64,000 nt of DNA. Source: Epithemia pelagica. Taxonomy: Eukaryota > Protista > Bacillariophyta. The DNA lies in NCBI GenBank assembly GCA_946965045.2, contig OX337237.1, forward strand, positions 2,232,001 to 2,296,000. The letters are read 5' to 3'. This document shows, one piece after another, positions 26,201 through 38,216 of the stretch. Both the position numbers and the translations under genes were made by a program. The notes beneath the pieces are model-generated. The model made no database searches. It saw only the letters and a program-made list of their open reading frames with translations, and had not been told where the DNA came from. Position 1 is the first letter of the stretch; every line of letters starts with the position of its first letter.

Positions 26201-27537
26201 AGTTTCACACCACTGGTCGAATGACTCCCAACAACAACACCCGTACAGATCTTATCATCCCCGATCCTACTGGAAAGCCGTACAAGGCTGTTGTTTTCTT
26301 GATGCTCAAAGGAGGGTGCGACTCATACAACATGATTGTTCCCACTGCTTGCAACTCGTCTGATCTAGATACTCAGTATGACGATATCCGGGGCAACCTC
26401 AAACTTTCTGACAAATCGAAAGTGATCAACGTCACAGGGCACTCGTGCCAGCAGTTTGCTCTTCATCCGAAGCTTTCTACGGTACGGACACTCTACAACG
26501 GAGGCGATCTTGCTTTCTTCCTCAATACCGGAGTTATCAATGCCCCAAGTAGCAGCTCGAACTACAGCATGGTTACCGACACAAGATTGTTTGCACACGA
26601 CACGATGCAAGAAGAAGCCAAGCGCCTTGACCCCATGGACGTGGGGGTGGGCACTGGGGTATTGGGGCGACTTTCAGATGCTCTGGCCAAGCGAGGGTAC
26701 CAGCCTAGCTCAATTTCCATTGATGAGTCGTCTATCGCCGTCACTGGTACAACTGGAACGGCATTGTCCCCAACGATTGTTGGTCGTGATGGAGTGGCGG
26801 AATTCAATAAACGACCTTCGGGTGAAGCAGACATTCGGACCGAAGCAGAGAAATTAAACCGCGGTCACGTGATGTCTTCAAGTAACGTTTTCGGCGAGCT
26901 TTGGTCGGCCCGTCTCAGCCGAGCTCTTTGGGAGAGCGACACGCTGAAAGCCCAAATGGACGCAATTACTGACTTGTCAGAGACTCCGGATGAAAATCTG
27001 GCCGAGAAATTTGAGACCACTCTTAAGCTTATGATGACGAGAGACGAACGAGGTGCGGATCGCGACGTGTTCTACGTTTCAATCGGTGGTTTTGACACCC
27101 ACAATGATATGGAAGACAGGTTGAATGACCGCTTCGCAGAACTCGACCTCAGCCTCGAATATTTCAAAGATAATCTCCAGACTAAAGGGTTATGGGAGAA
27201 TGTAACCATTGTCACCATTTCTGACTTCGGTCGCACGCTCTCTCCGAACAATGGTGAAGGCAGTGATCATGGCTGGGGCGGTAACTACTTTGTGGCTGGT
27301 GGTAGCGTTGTGGGTGGTCAAGCTCTGTGTGAATATCCTTCTGACCTGAAACCTGGCGGTGGTTGGAACGTTGGCCGAGGTCGTATTATGCCAGGATGCG
27401 CCTGGGAATCAATGTGGAGTCCAATTGTTGAATGGATGATGGATGGAAACATGACTGCGACAGAGCGCTCTGACATTCTTCCCAATGCCGAGAACACAGG
27501 TACCAAACTCTACGAAATGTCTGATTTGTTTGTATGA
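20289..27537 (+). CDS. Large secreted protein: signal peptide, ~11 Cys-rich repeats, Pro/Ser/Thr linker, DUF1800 and DUF1501 domains; multi-exon
   Basis: CG-x-x-G/N-x-x-CC repeats at ~20400-21500. DUF1800-type motifs: QLRQKVAWVLSQ, NFRDVLKEVSYSPLM, PDE|NYAREVMQLFTIGL. DUF1501-type motifs: LKGGCDSYN, LFAHDTMQ, GGFDTH, ISDFGRTL, SDHGWGG. ORF pieces are separated by GT-AG introns (donors near 22225, 22518, 23542, 23724, 23921, 25604, 25732). Confidence 0.8.
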
Positions 27538-28107
27538 TCTGAGTCCGTTTCCCACTGATGGCGTTTCCTTGCCACCATGTAGCAATAATTCATAATTAAC
27601 AAATCAAGTATCGAAAACAACATGACCAGTGTCATCATTGTAGTCCCGTCCAAGTCCCAGCCTTGGCATTTGCACCGTCCTCGGAGTCCAACAAGCCATT
27701 GGTACGGTCAGTAGATTTGCTGGTCCCCCGTGGTCAGGAAGCTTTGAAGTGTGTCCTCCCACACAATTTGTGAAGTTCTGAAACTCTCCAGCGACAACTC
27801 CTGACTGTCGCCATGGCAAATGATGGCGGTGGGTGTTGATGATTCAGACTTTTTTGTTTGCAAAAATGCGACCAATGTACCGACTACCGACTGACGAGAT
27901 TGCGCCATGGGACTTCTGACTTCCACACCCAAACGAATTACGAATACAAAATACGAGCAAGATTTACGGACGACATCCATATTGGAGTACGAGTACACGT
28001 AACGTTGACGTGTACACGTAAGATGTACCACACAAAGGATTCGTTGCCTCCATTCATTTTACGGATCCATTTGGGCAGCACCATCACGTCGACAAAGAAG
28101 AACCAGC

Positions 28108-28557
28108 ATGTTGCAGTTTTCACTTTGTGATTTACTTCTTTTACAAGCTTTGGGTGATTATGTGGTTGGATACACGTTTATATTTGCACCACATGAACTG
28201 TTCCCCGGACTCCAGGAAGCTGTGGACTGCGATATATTTTGCCAACATGCCTTTGAATGTTTTGGATTCACTTTCTTCCTGTGGTCAACCATGGTTGCTT
28301 TGAAGCGGCACGATCCCACTTTCCAATTAGCCAATATCGCCTACAATGTGACATGGTCTTCCTACTGCGGCTTGTTTTTCTTGACCAATGGCAAAGGATG
28401 GAGAGGTGTGACGGCTGTGTCAGATGGCGCATGGGGTGCACCTCCCGCAACGGTACACTTTGTGTTTACCATTCTTTCGCTCGTGACCTACATTCGCTCG
28501 CGCAAGGCGGATACAGCTGCTGCTGCGTCGATGACTAAGGACAAGTTACATGCATAG
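28108..28557 (+). CDS. Small ~4-TM membrane protein, tandem paralog A
   Basis: 149-aa hydrophobic ORF sharing FAP, HAFE.FG..FF.W, LKRHDPT and TNGKG motifs with the ORF at 29205. Confidence 0.75.
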   Translation: MLQFSLCDLLLLQALGDYVVGYTFIFAPHELFPGLQEAVDCDIFCQHAFECFGFTFFLWSTMVALKRHDPTFQLANIAYNVTWSSYCGLFFLTNGKGWRGVTAVSDGAWGAPPATVHFVFTILSLVTYIRSRKADTAAAASMTKDKLHA

Positions 28558-29204
28558 TACGATGCAATCGAGACGTCTGGTGGTGCTATGAAGCAAAGTC
28601 CCCTGAGATAGAAATTTCTGCTCCTCACTTTTATGAATGGTGTGGATTGGACAAGGACAAAACACGTTTCCATGAGAGTGATCTAATGTCCGATTCTTTA
28701 TCCCCTAAACAAAATACATCTAGATGTCACTCATCACACTGCCATTGCCTTTCCATCAGAGATAAGAGCATCTGGGAAATGGAGTACCGTCAGTACGTGT
28801 TTCAGAAATGCCAGGTTCCAGCACATTTCGAGATGCCTACTAGTATTGTGGGTGCTGCTAGGACGGTCCGTCGGAGAATGGCAGCCCATGGTCATGGTGA
28901 TGCGAACAAGATGACACCCCCAAGGAAAACCCAGAAAAGATAGGAGAGTATCTAAGAAAATTATTGGTCGCGTTTCGCGCTACATAGTTTGCGCGACCGA
29001 GGAAACGGGAGGAAGACACAACACGGTCGCTGTGCGGTGTTTCAAGAGAATGACGTCTTACTGGATCTTCGAAGATACCATCGCTACGAACAAGAGTGTA
29101 TCCATATCGATATCGTCGGAACACTTGGTCGAAACAACAACCCCCGTCAACAACCAAAAACCAAAAGAGCAAGTACCACGCACACTCTCCAAAACATTCG
29201 AAAG

Positions 29205-29618
29205 ATGGTGGCCCTTGCTGATGCTCTTCTTCTTCAAGTCATGTGGCTTTCCGCCGTTGGTGTCAGCTTTGTGTTTGCACCCCAGTCGTTGTACGAGGGC
29301 GTCGAGGAAACGATTGAACCTGGATTCACCAGCCACGCCTTTGAAAATTTTGGTATTTCTTTTTTTCCGTGGTCTATCTTGATCATTCTGAAACGACATG
29401 ATCCAACGATTCAGGTTATGAATTTCCTCTACAATATGGTTTGGTTTGTCTATTTGGGAAACTACTTGAGGACGGACGGAAAAGGCTTCCGAGAAGCTAC
29501 AGCCTTGTCGAGCGGGTCGTGGGCTCTTCCTGCCACGATGTTACATCTGCTGTTTGCACTTGTTTCCATTGTGGCATTCTCGCTTTCTTCGTCCTCAAAG
29601 AAGTCCAAGAGCTCCTAA
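29205..29618 (+). CDS. Small ~4-TM membrane protein, tandem paralog B
   Basis: ATG at 29205 within ORF 28989..29618 gives MVALADALLLQ...HAFENFG...LKRHDPT...TDGKG, colinear with paralog A. Confidence 0.75.
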   Translation: MVALADALLLQVMWLSAVGVSFVFAPQSLYEGVEETIEPGFTSHAFENFGISFFPWSILIILKRHDPTIQVMNFLYNMVWFVYLGNYLRTDGKGFREATALSSGSWALPATMLHLLFALVSIVAFSLSSSSKKSKSS

Positions 29619-29853
29619 TACTGCTTGCGTGCTGGATCAAGTTTCTTGTCATTCTTGTCCGTGTAGGGGTGTCAAATTCGCTACTTAATGAATTCGTTTA
29701 ACCTACGTACCTGCATGTTTTGACTCAATAGGAAATAATCTTAGAATAAAGAGTGATCTTTTGCTCGTGCGGTTCTGTACAAAAGTTACTAGGAGTACAA
29801 ACTGTGATCCATGCTACGAGGGACTCTTCATGTTGACGACAACGACCAGCAAG

Positions 29854-29949
29854 CTATGAATGGTCTCATCCGGATGCCGTAACATATTGCTGAACTTGCA
29901 ACTATGAATGGTCTCATCCGGATGCTGTCACATATTGCTGAACTTGCAA
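29854..29949. repeat. 48-bp tandem duplication (2 copies) just 3' of ASCC3
   Basis: ctatgaatggtctcatccggatgc(c/t)gt(a/c)acatattgctgaacttgcaa occurs twice with 2 mismatches. Confidence 0.9.
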
Positions 29950-30009
29950 CGGCGATTTCAATCCCAAACAGGTAACTTCGGGCGTTAGCTTCTGCAGTAC
30001 CGAAACCGT

Positions 30010-33000
30010 TTAGGACAGCTTCTCTGGGAACGAAACCGTTGTTTCAAAGTCCAGGCCCCGTACTTCATTTATCATCACCTTGGCAATCAGTTTTCCAGAT
30101 CCACCAATGTTCTTTGCCGCGTTGATATCAAAGGTGATTTCTTTGGACAGGGCCCACGATCCGTGTCGAGTGATGGGAATCGTCATTCTCGACAAAAGCA
30201 TTCCTTGTTCAAAAGTGCCGAGCAAGATCGACAAGGAATACTCAGAGGCAGGTGCATCTCGCCCACTCCACTTTCTGTCATCTCGCTTAATTTCCAGATC
30301 GATTCGGACTTTTCCATTTGTTTTTCCACTCTGGCTATCAACAATATTTGATACAGTGACGTCTTTGATAAGAACAAGTGGCATGCTGTAGAGAACATCC
30401 ATTGCATACTTCAAGTGTTCCGTCCCATCTTTCGAATGACCATGAAGTTTGTGTAGAAGCTGCACCACATCTTTCTCGTCACGGCGGCGCATGTCAACCA
30501 AAGTTCGTATCATGTCTTTACCTGGCTTTCCACCAGTTCGAATACGGTGAATTACGCGAGCAGAGAGGCGTAACTGAACAAGAGGGTCAGAGTTTGGATG
30601 TGTTCGAGACGTCCACACCTGGCGCAAGTGAACCATTTCCGTCATGAGGTCTAATGAACCCTGTGCCACATCATCGGATGCAATGAACTCCATTGCTGCC
30701 ATGAGACGAGGAAGGTTCTCCACGATCGATTTTGTGTCGTTGACGTAATCACTAATGGGAAGTCTCGCATTCTCTAGATAGGCTTGCACAATCAAGAATG
30801 CCTTTGTATGTGGATCCGCAAACACGTCGGGATCATGGCGTATATTTCTATCATTTGAAGACAACAAACTCTGTGTATCCGGTCCCCACATCAGCTGTCC
30901 ACTTAAATCTTTGTTGAGATGCTCTTCATTGTGCCGAACAGGAAGTTCGTTGAATTCACTAAGAACGAGCTTTCAGTCAGTATGCAATGAAAACGAAATT
31001 GCCCGTGTGACATTGGCGGATGTGAACTTACTGAGTAGAGCATAGGGTGTAAAGCAACCAAGCGCATGACAATTCCTCAACTTGTTGCTGCCGGGCAACT
31101 GGCATAAACCCATCTTGTGATGAAGCACTGGAAGCTGGGGTCTCTTGATTTAACAATCCTGATATCATTTTATGACCCTCGCGGAGACCAAGGAGCATTT
31201 GTCTTGGTGTTCGATGGTCCAAATAGTAACTGCAGGAAGCTAATCCAAGAGTCGTCGGTGATAATTGATCGCCATCACTGACGTCGATACAACCGTGATT
31301 TTGGAGGTCTTTCAGCGTGTCTTTTACTTTGTTCTGAAAATGAGATTCAACGTGTTCGTCACTCCCAGACTCGACTCCATAATACGAAGGGTTTGCTTTG
31401 ACCCTTCGCGCATAGAATGTCCATGTCAAGTACCCAATTGCTTCATGCAGGGAACTTATAGTTCCACCGGCGATTTCTGCGTTGAGATTCTCCCTTAATC
31501 GCTCAGCCAGACGTGACTCAAGAGGAAAAGGTTTGTAAAGAAACTGCTCTGTGGTTTAGAAGATTTCGTGCGATGTACTTAGAACAACTGCATGAACTCA
31601 CATTTTTAAGGAAAACTTTTTTGTCGTCCACACACATGACCACGGCTTCACCTAGGTTATCAAAGCCAGGACGACCGGCTCGGCCTGGATAAAAGACGAG
31701 AGAAAAACAAAGCGTTAGCTGATTTCTAGAGCAAGGTCATGTCAGTAGCGCTGCTTCAAATACGAACCAATCATCTGTAGGATATCCGTTAGAGGGTAGT
31801 CCACGTATCGCGAGAGTTTTCCATCAAAGTACTCAGTTCCTTTCACCTGTTAAAGTGTTCAAACAAATATGAATCAGACGCAAAGTATTCAATCATCAAG
31901 AAGACCAAGGAAACACTTACAATAACCAGACGAGCGGGAAGATTGACACCCCAAGCCAGAGTGGCAGTTGCAACGAGAACTTGAATGTCACGTTTAAGAT
32001 AAAGTCTCTCCACAATGTCCCTATCGTGTGCGGATAATCCTGCATGATGTAAGCCAACACCAAACGTAATAGTGTGGCGGAGAGATTCATCTTGTATCGT
32101 TCCAGCAATCGATTCAATGTACTCTTCGGAGCATCCCAAGAAGCGTTTCGGAGATTCATCACTGGCAGCGTGGGAGATAATGTCAAAAGCTGTCAACCTC
32201 GTCTGTCGTCGTGAGGCCACGAATATCAAAGCCGGCTTATCAGGAGAGTAGTCCTTGATCGCGGCATAGCACGGCTTGTTCATAGTCGCCATTCTCGGAC
32301 AGTAGTGCTTCCCAGTGAATCCTTGAACGTGGACACGCGTTGGAACAGGGCGAACTGAGCTTCGAAAATTGTACATTCCTCTTCCTGATTTCATACTGTG
32401 GCTCTTGGTGTCAATGCCGATCCAGTCTGCCAAGTCCAGCGGGTTTTCAAGCGGTGTCGAGAGGCCTACGAGCCGAACAAACTCACTGGTGGGTGACTCT
32501 CCGTTCTTGCTTGATAACGAGGAATCCTGCTCCTGTAGAAGACGTGAGATGTATCGGGTTCGGCTGACTATGGCCTCGAGGACAGCACCGCGTTCCTCTC
32601 CGACGAGATGAACTTCGTCCATGACCAAAAGTCGAACTCTTTTGACAAAGGCTTTTCCGTTCAATGCATTACTGTTTTGCGAAACACCGGTAGTTCCTTT
32701 CCATCCTCGTGTAATCAAATCCCATTTTTCCGGAGCTGAAGTAAACGTGTCAGAGGTCAGAGGTCATAGGGCAGGAAACCGAGGGAATATGTAGCACCAC
32801 CCAAAGCATTCTCGTACAATTTCAACTAGACTTACTGCAAACAAGGATATCAGCTTTCTCCAGCACTCCTCGGTCGTGATGGGTGTCTCCACTTAACTCC
32901 AGGACTTTCCAGCCTAGCGGCTCTTGTCCGAACTTTGTTTGCCACTCTTTCAGTCTTTCTCGGGCTAAGGATTTCAGAGGAGCAATATACACACAAATTC

Positions 33001-36000
33001 CGTCTTTTGGGTGAAGTCGCTTCATGCGCAGAATTGCGAGCTCACTGACTATAGTTTTGCCCGATCCCGTGGGGGCTCCCAGAAATACAGGGGTGTCCGT
33101 ATGGTACAATACATGAAAGAGTTGCGTTTGGATAGGATTGAATGTGTCGAACTTTTCCGAGTACAGAGATTCATACCTGGAATCCTGAAGGGCGGTTGTC
33201 GGAAGAGGAGTCAAATCTTGAAGATTTGTTTCAGGGCGTTTCTTACTTGGAATGACAATCTTGTCAATAGAGACTGGCAACAAGTATTCCGCCCCGACCC
33301 AGCTATCACTCACAGCCCGGATAAAGTACTGACTGGGAGCTTGCTCAAACACAGGAATCGGTATATCCAAGACCAATGGCTCCTCGTGAGAAGAATTATG
33401 ACGTCGTTGCGAGAATACTATTGTTTCATGATGATACATTTTCGTTGTGCTTCCATCTTCAATCCACAACCAAAAGGATTGCGCACCTCCATGCCATCGG
33501 CGGTTCCAATCGAATGATGGGACAATGGTAAGATGAAAGTTGAACACCTCCGAGGTCACTGGCTGTACCTTACAGGTTATCTCGAGATTGGGAATCCATC
33601 GAACCAGTCGTTGAATTTTTTCGCCTCCGCCTTTCTGATTCGTTTTGGCAATCTGTCCAACTTCACGGGGATGCACGTCCAACAATGACAATGCCGTTGC
33701 AAGACCGTCCGATGACCTGCTACTTCTTGAGTTGTTTGCGTGTAATTCAATGCTAGAAAGTTGTTGCTCTTTCAATTCATCACCGTGAAAATGACGCAGA
33801 GGAGATTGAAACCACCAAATTTGATTGTCCACACTCTTTGCTAGCCGCAATAATTTCAACGCCGCCGCACCTTTACCATCGGCGGTGCATAATTCAAACA
33901 AAGAGCGGGCGATACGGCCGGCATTTGCAGCCACGTAGTTCATGTCGGAAATAAGCGTAAAACCCTTGATTTTGTTCGAAGTTTTCGAAATATAAATTTG
34001 AATCAGAATGAAAGCTTTGTCCACCGGGCCTGTGACGAGACTATGTCCATCATCATCCAAGCCTGCCCCTTGCAATTTTATGGGACATTCTCTGGCATGC
34101 AAACTACCCAATTCTGATAGCTCCTCTTGTCGCACTTTCATGTTACGGAATTCAGTTGCCGAACAAACCAGTTTGAGCAGAAAGGCGTCCGACACAGCGC
34201 TATCTGGCATTGATATCGCTCCTCCATGCTCTCGTAGCTGTTGCTCCCGTTGCTGTTGGGATTTAAGCATATCGTTGAAAGTTGCAATGCTTTCGGCTTG
34301 AATATAATAGTGAGCCGCAACCTTGCCTTTGTACGCCATTGACAAGTTTCCCGTGTCTGTATGATGACGGATCATTTGATTCTGTTCCAGTTGCCTGGCA
34401 GCTTCCGAAATGAGTTTTGTGCAATGACGTTGCAAAGAGGGATCATCGGTTTTAGCATCATGCGAGATCCCATACGCCAACGGATTTCGCATCATTCGTG
34501 TGTACAAATATGTCTATAAAGTATCAATCATAGTCAGTGGGACAATCAAAGGAGTTGACACATCGCAACTTCAAACTCATTGTCTTACATAGGTGAGCCA
34601 CTTGGCCCCTTCGGCAATTGTCGTGACAGTTCCCCCGACGATTTCCGCATTCAAGTGATCGGGAAGCTGTCGAATGAAATTGGATTCAATGGGGACTGCT
34701 CTTACCAACTTATTCAAATACTTCGGAAAAGCCTCAGCCGATGTGATTAAAGTGGCTTCACCTGATGTGTCAAACTGTGGACGTCCGGCTCGACCTACAG
34801 AGAAGTAAGTGAGAATGAGATCGCTCTAATTCATGTTTCCTCGACAGATACAGACAGTCTGACCTACGCACCGAAGATTTGTTGAACATCCAGAATACTC
34901 AAATCAACCACACCACCCTTTTCTGGATTGTAAACGTCTGTGCCTTTGATTATGACAGTATGGGCTGGGAGATTGATTCCCCAGGCAAGCGTTGCCGTAC
35001 AACTGGAGGCAGGAAAACAACAGCTGAGAATCCTTGTCACTATATATTGCGACCATCCTCGACCACGCCATCATGGAGCACGTACCATAATACTTTGATA
35101 GCTCCATCGTAGAACATTTGCTCGGTTAACTTGCGGTCATTCCTGAGCATACCTGCATGGTGAATACCCATTCCATTATCAAAAAGATGCTTCATCTGTG
35201 GGTTACGAGCATTTTTCTGAACGCGCTCTGCATATCGCGCATGCATTTTTGCCAACTTGGAATCTTGTCCTTGGTCCTTCGTATCAGCGTGCTTGACTAC
35301 AAAATACCGATCCAACAGTCCTTGAGCCGCCGCCAACTCGGCCAGTGCGTTGGCCGTATCGCTGGTACCCTTTCGCGAATGAACAAAGACCATGACTTGA
35401 TAGCCACGTTTTAATGAATCCAATACAGAATCAAAACATACTTGGTTCATTTTCTGTTCCTTGATCCGTGGATCCTTGGTTCCTGGTGTCGAAACGCCCA
35501 CAAATGTTTGAATCAAAGGTACTGGTCGATGTTCCGGTCCAAAAAAGAAGGTTCCCTGTGGTGGTGCTTGTAGGAATTCCGCCACATCTTGGTAATTCGG
35601 CAAAGTGGCGGACAAGGCGACAATCCGTGTTTGTCTTTGTCGACGTTCAACCAATCGATGCAGCCGGGCAACGACCGATTCAATTACGGCTCCTCGGTCG
35701 TCGGCCAGTAAATGGACCTCATCAATAATGAGCAGTCCGCATTGAGTCCCCAAGGCCGTGTCATCTGTCGATTTCCGTGTCACCACATCCCATTTTTCTG
35801 GAGTCGTGACGAGAACATGAGCCGATTCGGCCTCTGCTCGCGTGAGTTGCATATCACCTGTCAATTCCCGAACAATGAGACGCGAGGACTCCAATTTGGA
35901 GGAAAACTTTTCCACCACTTCTTGGGCCAAAGCTTTCATAGGAGCAATGTACACCACTTTGGTTCCTGTTTCCAAGACATCGCGGTCATTGTTGCCGCCG

Positions 36001-37332
36001 CCAATTAAGCCTACATCTCGGAAATGGGCCACGACTGTCAGCAACGCCACATTGGTCTTGCTGAACAAAACAAATCGAGAAATTTCATTCCATCAAGAGA
36101 CACAGCTATGAGTGCAATGTTACGAAGAAGGACCACAAGCCATTTCATCCTTGACAGACTTACCCGGCTCCTGTGGGAGCGCACACCATCAAATTGTCTC
36201 GTGAATGAAAGGCTTTCTCGAAAACAGTAGATTGCATAGGATTTAGGGAAGTCGTACCGGTAAAGACTCGTCGTTCATCCGCCGTCAGTAGGTTACTTAA
36301 TACCAAGCGAGGGTGCAATTTGGATTCATCTCGTTCTTGCGGGGGAATGATAACTGTTTCGTGATCGTCATAGGTTTCATGAATGGTACCACGAGGCAAT
36401 CCGCGTTGATCGTAGTACTGTCGAGATCCTTCCGGCAAAAGAGATTGCTGCAATGCCTCTAAATCCAGTGCTGAAGAGGTCATCAAGCCACCGGGCCCCA
36501 GTGGTCTTGTATCCAAGTTTCCAAAGGCCGAGGAAGGATCGCTCCCATCTTGGTACTCCTCTGGAACCAAAGCACCCGCTTCCTTGGCACGTTGCCAAGC
36601 TTGTTGGGCCCGTTTCTGTGCCTTTTCCGCTTGTTTCTGGAATTCCTTGGTACTAGCCAATCCAATGGTGTGGGTCCGACTGGCTGCTCCACTTGCTCCA
36701 CCACCAAGAGCGGCTTGAGCTTCCACTTGCGCCAAGGTGGCCAACTCGGAAGCTTGTTGCGCTTCTTGAACCAAGTAGGTTCGCCGTTCTGCACCCACAT
36801 CCACCACCTCATTCTGGTTACTTGGAGGAGGTTGCGTATATTGCCGCAGCTGTGTTGCCGTAATGTGGGTGGCAATTTCCGACATGTGTGGTAACAATTG
36901 TTCAATGGTGGCCAAGGCTGCTTCAGAAAATCCCAACACATTGAAGAGCGCATCTTGTTGTTGGGCAGCCGCCATATCTGAATCTAAGGCCGACTGGTGC
37001 TGAGTCGCAATCTCCCAGACTTGCTGCATCAAATAGTCCGTTCCCAGTTCGGAAGATACTCGTTCCAACAAGGAATGCAGCCAATCAACGGAAAACTCTG
37101 GAGAGGAAGTTGAACTAGATTCACGGATGTTGCTGTTGTCAGATACGTTTGCGGTCTTCTCGGAAGTGGCTGCTGTTGCCGCGGCCAACAATGGTTGCAC
37201 GTTTCTAAGGGCAAGAGCCAGTGCCTGTAGGGCGGACTGGAGCGGTTCACCCGAGTCCATATCGTGGTGGTTAAGTGTGATACCACCAGCCGCATCGTCT
37301 CGCCGATCCAGTTCCTCCAATATGGCTTCCAT
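30010..37332 (-). CDS. ASCC3: ASCC3/Slh1 Ski2-like helicase with two helicase-Sec63 cassettes; multi-exon
   Basis: Cassette 1: CAPTGAG|KTNVA (intron 36061-36163), [24 protein letters not shown]. Cassette 2: [55 protein letters not shown]. An intact second cassette favours ASCC3 over BRR2. Confidence 0.88.
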
Positions 37333-37789
37333 GATACTTTTTCGTTTTAGAGACAGTGAGTTTATGTGTATTCAAGATTGTTTTGATATAGAGATACGTT
37401 CGTGTTTCTTGGACCATGGGGGTATGACTTGACGGTGCGGGTCTGTGAGTGATGAGCGGTTATTACACGCGTTTGGGTCGCGTACATCGCATGCTTCAGC
37501 GGAGCCTCGCCGCGCTCGGTACTCTCTTCCCCGCGAAAGCGAGTCCTGCGTGCCAGTACCAATACCAAGGCCAACTCTGGCCGAAGTGTAATCCACGGTC
37601 GGTCGTTTCAAGAGCCGTCACGCGCGCTTTCTCCGAGTTGCCTCCATCTCACTCTGACTCGTGCTCACAAAACTTTACAAGAGAGTTCTGGAATAACCAC
37701 CGAGAGAAGCTGATTGTCATCCAGGAACGGGAAAGACAAAACAAATCAATGTCACCTTGCTTCTGTCAACAAAGGAAGTGAACCACTAA

Positions 37790-37971
37790 CTCCATACCAG
37801 ACTGTGTAGGTAGTTCGTCTCACATTTTTATACTACAGTAGGAATTTTTTGTACGACCGGGAAGTAGTTTCGTGCGAGTCGCGCGGTTTCCCTCTCGTGT
37901 GTGACACTTGTGTGACACTTTGTGACATGGCTTCCAGGAATTTCTCACTACCTACACAGCTTGATATGGAG
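37790..37971. mobile_element. MITE-like element A (182 bp, 24-bp TIR)
   Basis: CTCCATACCAGACTGTGTAGGTAG versus the reverse complement of the right end CTCCATATCAAGCTGTGTAGGTAG (3 mismatches). TAA on both flanks; absent from copy 2. Confidence 0.65.
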
Positions 37972-37982
37972 TAAGTTTACTA

Positions 37983-38152
37983 CTTCCCTGTGTCTGGCCG
38001 TCCTCTCGCGTCGGGCGCGCCCGGCTTGTCGGGAGAATGACTCGACGGGCAATTGTCTTGTCGGGCGTGCGCCCTCCTCGACCATTGCCCTCCTCGTCAT
38101 TCTACCCTCCGCGCCGGGCGGTCCCTCCTTGAAAGGACTCGACACCGGGAAG
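37983..38152. mobile_element. MITE-like element B (170 bp, GC-rich, 12-bp TIR, TA flanks)
   Basis: TA|CTTCCCTGTGTC ... GACACCGGGAAG|TA; absent from copy 2. Confidence 0.55.
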
Positions 38153-38216
38153 TATTAATACTACCTCGTGAGATCGTTTCGATTGGTGCAGAGACAATCA
38201 ATAAAGAAGAGCAAAG

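Noticed and set aside
29854-29949. 48-bp repeat (and the 42-bp repeat at 51186) as a CRISPR array
   Set aside because: Two directly adjacent units with no spacer, no cas genes, eukaryotic context.
30010-37332. BRR2/SNRNP200 as the identity of the helicase
   Set aside because: The second cassette retains canonical GSGKT and DEVH motifs and the RMAxMNKP signature of ASCC3.
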